Assembly (NCBI GenBank): GCA_964016885.1
Contig: OZ024759.1
Location: 7,502,001 to 7,566,000, forward strand
Length of the DNA stretch: 64,000 bases
Reading direction: 5' to 3'
From: Eledone cirrhosa
Taxonomy: Eukaryota
Shown here: in pieces, positions 53,901 through 64,000 of the stretch
How positions within the stretch are numbered: position 1 is the first letter of the stretch
How the letters are laid out: the number at the start of each line of letters is the position of its first letter
Notes under the pieces: model-generated
What the model saw: only the letters and a program-made list of their open reading frames with translations
Told to the model about the DNA's origin: nothing
The model's database searches: none
Translations under genes and position numbers: made by a program

Positions 53901-56900
53901 TATACAGTGTACTCCCAGTGTGGTCAGCCTGTATATACAGTGTACTCCTGGTGTGGTCAGCCTGTATATACAGTGTACTCCCAGTGTGGTCAGCCTGTAT
54001 ATACAGTGTACTCCCAGTGTGGTCAGCCTGTATATACAGTGTACTCCTGGTGTGGTCAGCCTGTATATACAGTGTACTCCTGGTGTGGTCAGCCTGTATA
54101 TACAGTGTACTCCTGGTGTGGTCAGCCTGTATATACAGTGTACTCCTGGTGTGGTCAGCCTGTATATACAGTGTACTCCTGGTGTGGTCAGCCTGTATAT
54201 ACAGTGTACTCCTGGTGTGGTCAGCCTGTATATACAGTGTACTCCTGGTGTGGTCAGCCTGTATATACAGTGTACTCCCAGTGTGGTCAGCCTGTATATA
54301 CAGTGTACTCCTGGTGTGGTCAGCCTGTATATACAGTGTACTCCCAGTGTGGTCAGTCTGTATATACAGTGTACTCCCGGTGTGGTCAGTCTGTATATAC
54401 AGTGTACTCCTGGTGTGGTCAGCCTGTATATACAGTGTACTCCCAGTGTTGTCAGCCTGTATATACAGTGTACTCCTGGTGTGGTCAGCCTGTATATACA
54501 GTGTACTCCCAGTGTGGTCAGCCTGTATATACAGTGTACTCCCAGTGTGGTCAGCCTGTATATACAGTACTCCCAGTGTGGTCAGCCTGTATATACAGTG
54601 TACTCCTGGTGTGGTCAGCCTGTATATACAGTGTACTCCCAGTGTGGTCAGCCTGTATATACAGTGTACTCCCAGTGTGGTCAGCCTGTATATACAGTGT
54701 ACTCCTGGTGTGGTCAGCCTGTATATACAGTGTACTCCTGGTGTGGTCAGCCTGTATATACAGTGTACTCCCAGTGTGGTCAGCCTGTATATACAGTGTA
54801 CTCCCAGTGTGGTCAGCCTGTATATACAGTGTACTCCCAGTGTGGTCAGCCTGTATATACAGTGTACTCCCAGTGTGGTCAGCCTGTATATACAGTGTAC
54901 TCCTGGTGTGGTCAGCCTGTATATACAGTGTACTCCTGGTGTGGTCAGCCTGTATATACAGTGTACTCCTGGTGTGGTCAGCCTGTATATACAGTGTACT
55001 CCTGGTGTGGTCAGCCTGTATATACAGTGTACTCCTGGTGTGGTCAGCCTGTATATACAGTGTACTCCTGGTGTGGTCAGCCTGTATATACAGTGTACTC
55101 CTGGTGTGGTCAGTCTGTATATACAGTGTACTCCTGGTGTGGTCAGCCTGTATATACAGTGTACTCCTGGTGTGGTCAGCCTGTATATACAGTGTACTCC
55201 TGGTGTGGTCAGCCTGTATATACAGTGTACTCCTGGTGTGGTCAGCCTGTATATACAGTGTACTCCTGGTGTGGTCAGCCTGTATATACACTGTACTCCT
55301 GGTGTGGTCAGTCTGTATATACAGTGTACTCCCGGTGTGGTCAGCCTGTATATACAGTGTACTCCTGGTGTGGTCAGACTGTATATACAGTGTGGTCAGC
55401 CTGTATATACAGTGTACTCCTGGTGTGGTCAGTCTGTATATACAGTGTACTCCCGGTGTGGTCAGCCTGTATATACAGTGTACTCCTGGTGTTGTCAGAC
55501 TGTATATACAGTGTGGTCAGCCTGTATATACAGTGTACTCCTGGTGTGGTCAGCCTGTATATACAGTGTACTCCCGGTGTGGTCAGTCTGTATATACAGT
55601 GTACTCCTGGTGTGGTCAGCCTGTATATACAGTGTACTCCTGGTGTGGTCAGTCTGTATATACAGTGTGGTCAGCCTGTATATACAGTGTACTCCTGGTG
55701 TGGTCAGTCTGTATATACAGTGTACTCCTGGTGTGGTCAGCCTGTATATACAGTGTACTCCTGGTGTGGTCAGCCTGTATATACAGTGTGGTCAGCCTGT
55801 ATATACAGTGTACTCCTGGTGTGGTCAGTCTGTATATACAGTGTACTTCTGGTGTGGTCAGCCTGTATATACAGTGTACTCCTGGTGTGGTCAGTCTGTA
55901 TATACAGTGTGGTCAGCCTGTATATACAGTGTACTCCTGGTGTGGTCAGTCTGTATATACAGTGTACTCCTGGTGTGGTCAGCCTGTATATACAGTGTAC
56001 TCCTGGTGTGGTCAGCCTGTATATACAGTGTGGTCAGCCTGTATATACAGTGTACTCCCAGTGTGGTCAGCCTGTATATACAGTGTACTCCTGGTGTGGT
56101 CAGCCTGTATATACAGTGTACTCCTGGTGTGGTCAGCCTGTATATACAGTGTACTCCTGGTGTGGTCAGTCTGTATATACAGTGTACTCCTGGTGTGGTC
56201 AGCCTGTATATACAGTGTACTCCCGGTGTGGTCAGTCTGTATATACAGTGTACTCCTGGTGTGGTCAGCCTGTATATACAGTGTACTCCCGGTGTGGTCA
56301 GCCTGTATATACAGTGTACTCCTGGTGTGGTCAGCCTGTATATACAGTGTACTCCCAGTGTGGTCAGCCTGTATATACAGTGTACTCCTGGTGTGGTCAG
56401 CCTGTATATACAGTGTACTCCCAGTGTGGTCAGCCTGTATATACAGTGTACTCCCGGTGTGGTCAGCCTGTATATACAGTGTACTCCTGGTGTGGTCAGC
56501 CTGTATATACAGTGTACTCCCAGTGTGGTCAGCCTGTATATACAGTGTACTCCCAGTGTGGTCAGCCTGTATATACAGTGTACTCCTGGTGTGGTCAGCC
56601 TGTATATACAGTGTACTCCCAGTGTGGTCAGCCTGTATATACAGTGTACTCCCAGTGTGGTCAGCCTGTATATACAGTGTACTCCTGGTGTGGTCAGCCT
56701 GTATATACAGTGTACTCCTGGTGTGGTCAGTCTGTATATACAGTGTACTCCTGGTGTGGTCAGCCTGTATATACAGTGTACTCCCGGTGTGGTCAGCCTG
56801 TATATACAGTGTACTCCCGGTGTGGTCAGCCTGTATATACAGTGTACTCCTGGTGTGGTCAGCCTGTATATACAGTGTACTCCTGGTGTGGTCAGCCTGT

Positions 56901-59900
56901 ATATACAGTGTACTCCTGGTGTGGTCAGTCTGTATATACAGTGTACTCCTGGTGTGGTCAGCCTGTATATACAGTGTACTCCCGGTGTGGTCAGCCTGTA
57001 TATACAGTGTACTCCCAGTGTGGTCAGTCTGTATATACAGTGTACTCCCGGTGTGGTCAGCCTGTATATACAGTGTACTCCTGGTGTGGTCAGTCTGTAT
57101 ATACAGTGTACTACTGGTGTGGTCAGCCTGTATATACAGTGTACTCCTGGTGTGGTCAGTCTGTATATACAGTGTGGTCAGCCTGTATATACAGTGTACT
57201 CCTGGTGTGGTCAGTCTGTATATACAGTGTGGTCAGCCTGTATATACAGTGTACTCCTGGTGTGGTCAGTCTGTATATACAGTGTACTCCTGGTGTGGTC
57301 AGTCTGTATATACAGTGTACTACTGGTGTGGTCAGTCTGTATATACAGTGTACTCCCGGTGTGGTCAGTCTGTATATACAGTGTACTCCCGGTGTGGTCA
57401 GCCTGTATATACAGTGTACTCCTGGTGTGGTCAGCCTGTATATACAGTGTACTCCTGGTGTGGTCAGTCTGTATATACAGTGTACTCCTGGTGTGGTCAG
57501 CCTGTATATACAGTGTACTCCTGGTGTGGTCAGTCTGTATATACAGTGTACTCCCAGTGTGGTCAGTCTGTATATACAGTGTACTCCCGGTGTGGTCAGC
57601 CTGTATATACAGTGTACTCCTGGTGTGGTCAGTCTGTATATACAGTGTACTCCTGGTGTGGTCAGTCTGTATATACAGTGTACACCAGGTGTGGTCAGTC
57701 TGTATATACAGTGTACTCCCGGTGTGGTCAGCCTGTATATACAGTGTACTCCTGGTGTGGTCAGTCTGTATATACAGTGTACTCCTGGTGTGGTCAGCCT
57801 GTATATACAGTGTACTCCTGGTGTGGTCAGCCTGTATATACAGTGTACTCCTGGTGTGGTCAGTCTGTATATACAGTGTACTCCTGGTGTGGTCAGTCTG
57901 TATATACAGTGTACTCCCAGTGTGGTCAGTCTGTATATACAGTGTACTCCCGGTGTGGTCAGCCTGTATATACAGTGTACTCCTGGTGTGGTCAGTCTGT
58001 ATATACAGTGTACTCCTGGTGTGGTCAGTCTGTATATACAGTGTACACCAGGTGTGGTCAGTCTGTATATACAGTGTACTCCCGGTGTGGTCAGCCTGTA
58101 TATACAGTGTACTCCTGGTGTGGTCAGTCTGTATATACAGTGTACTCCTGGTGTGGTCAGCCTGTATATACAGTGTACTCCTGGTGTGGTCAGCCTGTAT
58201 ATACAGTGTACTCCCAGTGTGGTCAGCCTGTATATACAGTGTACTCCTGGTGTGGTCAGCCTGTATATACAGTGTACTCCTGGTTTGGTCAGCCTGTATA
58301 TACAGTGTGGTCAGCCTGTATATACAGTGTACTACTGGTGTGGTCAGCCTGTATATACAGTGTACTCCTGGTGTGGTCAGCCTGTATATACAGTGTACTC
58401 CTGGTGTGGTCAGTCTGTATATACAGTGTACTCCCAGTGTTGTCAGCCTGTATATACAGTGTGGTCAGTCTGTATATACAGTGTACTCCTGGTGTGGTCA
58501 GCCTGTATATACAGTGTACTCCTGGTGTGGTCAGCCTGTATATACAGTGTACTCCCGGTGTGGTCAGCCTGTATATACAGTGTACTCCTGGTGTGGTCAG
58601 CCTGTATATACAGTGTACTCCTGGTGTGGTCAGTCTGTATATACAGTGTACTCCCGGTGTGGTCAGCCTGTATATACAGTGTACTCCCAGTGTTGTCAGC
58701 CTGTATATACAGTGTACTCCCGGTGTGGTCAGCCTGTATATACAGTGTACTCCTGGTGTGGTCAGTCTGTATATACAGTGTACTCCTGGTGTGGTCAGTC
58801 TGTATATACAGTGTACTCCTGGTGTGGTCAGCCTGTATATACAGTGTACTCCCGGTGTGGTCAGCCTGTATATACAGTGTACTCCTGGTGTGGTCAGTCT
58901 GTATATACAGTGTACTCCTGGTGTGGTCAGTCTGTATATACAGTGTACTCCTGGTGTGGTCAGCCTGTATATACAGTGTACTCCCGGTGTGGTCAGCCTG
59001 TATATACAGTGTACTCCTGGTGTGGTCAGTCTGTATATACAGTGTACTCCTGGTGTGGTCAGTCTGTATATACAGTGTACTCCCGGTGTGGTCAGCCTGT
59101 ATATACAGTGTACTCCTGGTGTGGTCAGCCTGTATATACAGTGTACTCCTGGTGTGGTCAGTCTGTATATACAGTGTACTCCTGGTGTGGTCAGCCTGTA
59201 TATACAGTGTACTCCCAGTGTTGTCAGCCTGTATATACAGTGTACTCCCGGTGTGGTCAGTCTGTATATACAGTGTACTCCTGGTGTGGTCAGCCTGTAT
59301 ATACAGTGTACTCCCGGTGTGGTCAGTCTGTATATACAGTGTACTCCCAGTGTTGTCAGCCTGTATATACAGTGTACTCCCAGTGTTGTCAGCCTGTATA
59401 TACAGTGTACTCCCAGTGTGGTCAGCCTGTATATACAGTGTACTCCTGGTGTGGTCAGCCTGTTTATACAGTGTACTCCTGGTGTGGTCAGCCTGTATAT
59501 ACAGTGTACTCCCAGTGTTGTCAGCCTGTATATACAGTGTACTCCTGGTGTGGTCAGCCTGTATATACAGTGTACTCCTGGTGTGGTCAGCCTGTATATA
59601 CAGTGTACTCCCGGTGTGGTCAGCCTGTATATACAGTGTGGTCAGCCTGTATATACAGTGTACTCCCGGTGTGGTCAGCCTGTATATACAGTGTACTCCC
59701 GGTGTGGTCAGCCTGTATATACAGTGTACTCCCGGTGTGGTCAGCCTGTATATACAGTGTACTCCTGGTGTGGTCAGTCTGTATATACAGTGTACTCCCG
59801 GTGTGGTCAGCCTGTATATACAGTGTACTCCTGGTGTGGTCAGCCTGTATATACAGTGTACTCCCAGTGTTGTCAGTCTGTATATACAGTGTACTCCCGG

Positions 59901-60425
59901 TGTGGTCAGCCTGTATATACAGTGTACTCCCGGTGTGGTCAGCCTGTATATACAGTGTACTCCCGGTGTGGTCAGCCTGTATATACAGTGTACTCCTGGT
60001 GTGGTCAGTCTATATATACAGTGTACTCCCGGTGTGGTCAGCCTGTATATACAGTGTACTCCTGGTGTGGTCAGCCTGTATATACAGTGTACTCCTGGTG
60101 TGGTCAGCCTGTATATACACTGTACTCCTGGTGTGGTCAGCCTGTATATACAGTGTACTCCCGGTGTGGTCAGCCTGTATATACAGTGTACTCCTGGTGT
60201 GGTCAGTCTGTATATACAGTGTACTCCTGGTGTGGTCAGCCTGTATATACAGTGTACTCCTGGTGTGGTCAGTCTGTATATACAGTGTACTCCTGGTGTG
60301 GTCAGTCTGTATATACAGTGTACTCCTGGTGTGGTCAGTCTGTATATACAGTGTACTCCTGGTGTGGTCAGTCTGTATATACAGTGTACTCCCGGTGTGG
60401 TCAGCCTGTATATACAGTGTACTCC
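35893..60425. repeat. ~24.5-kb 33-bp satellite (roughly 750 units) with interspersed 22-bp deletion variants
   Basis: Unit gtggtcag(c/t)ctgtatatacagtgtactcc(cg/tg/ca)gt; internal 12-bp palindrome CTGTATATACAG. Confidence 0.98.
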
Positions 60426-60882
60426 TTGCTTGTGTGGTCATGGTTATTCGCTCAACAGACAGACAGTGAATTAGAGAGATGGGCTGACCGCTACTACAGA
60501 AACCACTTATGTTAGGGATCAACGCACACAGTAGGTTTATTTCTATTGTCCCTTCTACACTTTGTCTAGCCTTCACTTCCTGTCATTCTCTACTACTCTC
60601 ACAACACACAACTTCTACTCTATTTCCTTTCGTACATTTACTAATGGTAGTCACTTAACAACACATGCAAATCCTTGGTGTGTATTTACGCTAGCTCGAA
60701 GTAGCTAGTAAAACAAATAATGTAGTGGATTACGTTTATTGAGATATGAGAGATATGACGTTCATTTCACGTTTGATCAGTTTAAGACTCGACCTGTATC
60801 GATCTGGCCCGACTCTGGAATCAATAGTTCGGACTTCTGTAATGACAGAATGAACCTCTTAGAACTTTCAATCACTATATAT

Positions 60883-60884
<2 letters not shown>

Positions 60885-60917
<33 letters not shown>

Positions 60918-61224
60918 TTAACGTCCATCTTCCACGCTTGCATGGGTTTGGACGCGAGTTTTCCCACTTGAGGCAAGAGTGGTTGTCCTGCTCGTATAGG
61001 ACTGTCTGGCGGGTTCTCTACGGCTGGATGCCCTTCCTAACACCAACCACGTTTACAGTGTGGACTGGGAGGTTTTTACCGTGTTACCTACACGGCCACA
61101 TTACAGCGTGGACTGTGTGTTTTTTTGTCGTGACACCTACACGATCTCATTTGTTTCGGGCTGGATGTTGTGGTACCAACATAACTTCACATTGGAAGGG
61201 GCGGTGTGGATGGGGTGGGGGTAG
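60885..61224 (-). mobile_element. 5'-truncated RTE LINE 3'UTR copy
   Basis: (CAT)n tail plus reverse complement of about 63360-63685. Confidence 0.88.
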
Positions 61225-61231
61225 TGGGACG

Positions 61232-61285
<54 letters not shown>

Positions 61286-61314
61286 TAAACGTGGTTGCTG
61301 TTGGGAAGGGCACC

Positions 61315-61725
61315 CATTATTGCAGCTAGATCTGTTGGTGTCTCGTTCCACTGCACCACACACAAAAAAGTCGAGGGGGTTGCAGTCAGGCAAGCTGGGA
61401 GGCCAGATGTCAGGTGAAGTGTGGTCGAGGAAGTTCTCTGACATCCAGGCTTGGGTCTTTCGGCTGGTATGGCAGGGTGCTGAGTCTTGCTGCCACACGT
61501 ACGGCCAAACTGCAGTTACCTGGTCGATCCACAGCTTTACTACCTCGCTCAGAATGCGGATGTAGCCATCAGTGTTCAGCTTGAGGCCCTCAGGGAAAAA
61601 GTGAGGTGGCATGACGACACCTAAGACCAATGTTGTCGCTGGAAACTTTGTCTGCATGACTCTGGGCATGTCTTTGGATGAGACAGCGAGACACCTGTTG
61701 TTCTGGGAGTTGATCTTCTGGTCTT
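61315..61725 (-). pseudogene. Tc1/mariner superfamily DD37D (maT) transposase relic
   Basis: DQKINSQNNR.LA..TKFPA...MPPHFF..WQQD-SAPCH...WPPSLPDCNPL-D, with 37 residues between the second and third catalytic Asp; truncated at both ends. Confidence 0.88.
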
Positions 61726-61923
61726 ATTTGTCCTCCCGGTGCGGATTCTAAGAAGAACTCCGTGTCTCTTCCACAAATTTGGAGGTTCAAAATTATTCAT
61801 AATCAATTATTCTGAAAATAAATAATGGAAATATAGTCACTGTTTTTATGGAGAGAAGAGTGACAAAAAAAATTTGCATAAAATTAGCAGTTGAAAATTG
61901 CGAACAAATATCGTCCACACTCT

Positions 61924-61930
61924 GTATATA

Positions 61931-61963
<33 letters not shown>

Positions 61964-62060
61964 GTATATATGTGTGTGTGTGTATATATATATATGTATA
62001 TGTGTGTTTGTGTATATATATATATATATGTATATGTGTGTGTGTATATATATATATATA

Positions 62061-62113
<53 letters not shown>

Positions 62114-62124
62114 GTATATGTATA

Positions 62125-62157
<33 letters not shown>

Positions 62158-62224
62158 GTATATGTGTGTGTGTATATATATATATATATGTATATGTGTG
62201 TGTGTATATATATATATATGTATA

Positions 62225-62265
<41 letters not shown>

Positions 62266-62276
62266 GTATATGTATA

Positions 62277-62309
<33 letters not shown>

Positions 62310-62376
62310 GTATATGTGTGTGTGTATATATATATATATATGTATATGTGTGTGTGTATATATATATATATGTATA

Positions 62377-62407
<31 letters not shown>

Positions 62408-62431
62408 GTATATGTGTGTGTGTATATATAT
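61924..62431. repeat. (TA)n/(TG)n compound microsatellite
   Basis: Direct inspection. Confidence 0.95.
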
Positions 62432-63685
62432 ATGGAAGCACGGCCTAGAGTCAAAAGGACTTAAAATTAACCTGGCTAAGACCAAAGTTCTAGTTTGTAG
62501 GAAAGAAAACAAGGCGGCGGTCCCTTCTGGGAAATGGTCGTGCTCGGTGTGTAGGAAAGGAGTAGGTAGAAACTCCATTTTATGTCCTAAATGCAAAGTA
62601 TGGGTGCATAAAAGATGTAGTGGGATCACAGGTAAGCTAACTAAGAACATAGATTTTACATGTGGCCGGTGTTCTGGTGCAATAAGTAGCAGCAAGTGCC
62701 CACAAAATACTAGCTCTTTCAATTGCGCAGAGGGTTCTATAGAAATAGTGGACAGCTTCCGTTACCTGGGCGATAAAATCAGCAGTGGGGGAGGGTGCTC
62801 TGAAAGTACAGTAGCTAGAGTCAGAACTGGTTGGAAAAAGTTCAGAGAGCTTATACCACTATTAGCTGCTAAAGGGTTCTCCCTAAAAATGAAAGGCAGG
62901 TTGTACGATGCCTGCATACGAACAGCAATGTTGCATGGTAGTGAGACCTGGGCATTGTGTGCAGAGGATATACGCAGACTAGAGAGGAACGAAGCTTGCA
63001 TGCTCCGCTGGATGTGTAACAGTAATATACGTGAACGGCAAAGCATAAACGAACTAAGGAAAAAATTAGAGATAAGAGGGATCAGATGTTGTTTACTCGA
63101 GAGAAGGCTGTGTTGGTATGGACACGTGATGCGCATGAAAGTCGATAGCTGTATAACAAAGTGCAGGGCAATAAAGATAGACGGTAGCCACGGAATAGGC
63201 AGACCTAGAAAAACCTGGGATGAGCTGATAAACTCCGACCTCACACACTTACACCTCTCCAAGACAATGTCACTGGACCGAGACCTTTGGCGGTACTCAG
63301 TAACAGAGAAGTCCCGCCTTGCCAGTAGGCATCTCTAACAAAATACAACCCCCCCCCCCCCCCCCCACACCCCATCCACACCACCCCGTTCTATGTAAAG
63401 TTATGTTGATGCCGCGCCATCCAGGCCGAAACAAATGAGATCGTGTAGGTGTCACGACAAAAAACACAGTCCACGCTGTAATGTGGCCGTGTAGGCAACA
63501 CGGTAAAAACCTCCCAGACCCACACTGTAAATGTGGTTGGTGTTAGGAAGGGCATCCAACTGTAGAAAACCTGCCAGACAGTCCTATGCAAGCAAGACAA
63601 TCACTCTTGCCTCAAGTGGGACTACCCCCGTCCAAACCCATGCAAGCGTGGAACACGGACGTTAAACGTTGATGATGATGATGAT
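62432..63685 (+). mobile_element. 5'-truncated RTE-clade LINE: intact ORF 3' part (to 63338) with PHD finger, 3'UTR and (GAT)n tail
   Basis: [13 protein letters not shown]4HC3 (CSVC..CPKC..HKRC..CGRC), [34 protein letters not shown]; about 300 codons without a stop. Confidence 0.93.
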
Positions 63686-63722
63686 ATGTATATGTGTGTG
63701 TGTATATATATATATATGTATA

Positions 63723-63753
<31 letters not shown>

Positions 63754-63758
63754 GTATA

Positions 63759-63789
<31 letters not shown>

Positions 63790-64000
63790 GTATATGTGTG
63801 TGTGTGTATATATATATATATATGTATATGTGTGTGTGTGTATTGAGAAAGAGAAGATAGTGAGGAGAATTTGTTTGTTATTGGGAAGTAAATAGGTTAA
63901 AAATGTTGTTGGAGGTCAATGGCTTCTGTTGAAGAGACGTAACAATGCCTTTAGTACAACCACAACCACAACTACCACCACAACAACAACTACCACCACT

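Noticed and set aside
35877-60515. Giant ORFs of 1600-5100 aa
   Set aside because: The 33-bp unit has no stop in any + frame, all three frames are open, and 22-bp variants shift frame freely; this is a satellite, not a protein.
60509-60860. Possible solo LTR (TGTTA...TAACA, AATAAA on the minus strand)
   Set aside because: No target-site duplication or second copy; boundaries cannot be supported.
61848-62431. N-terminal part of the 496-aa ORF
   Set aside because: Microsatellite read-through fused by chance to the RTE fragment.

Overview
AT-rich, repeat-saturated eukaryotic DNA. The SINE/RTE repertoire and TA/CA microsatellite density suggest a coleoid cephalopod such as Octopus (inference). 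The only host gene I can support is the 3' end of an SMG7 (nonsense-mediated decay factor) orthologue on the + strand: three phase-compatible exons (340-467, 2461-2750, 8092-8175). The rest is mobile and repeat DNA: two tRNA-head SINE families, two RTE-clade LINE families (a Rex3/Expander-like one, and one with a PHD finger inside the RT region), Helitron pieces, a DD37D (maT) transposase relic, a CRE-clade relic and more than ten minisatellites. These include a 99-bp array grown inside a LINE ORF and a ~24.5-kb 33-bp satellite (35893-60425). All giant ORFs in the ORF track are repeat artefacts. The most unexpected signal is a set of unrelated short foldback elements, most embedded in TA/CA runs (about 18.0-18.6, 21.8-22.1, 28.2-28.7 and 31.4-31.8 kb). 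Each carries an outward-pointing type-I hammerhead-ribozyme motif, and two relatives show compensatory stem changes, consistent with Penelope-like/retrozyme-like non-coding elements.
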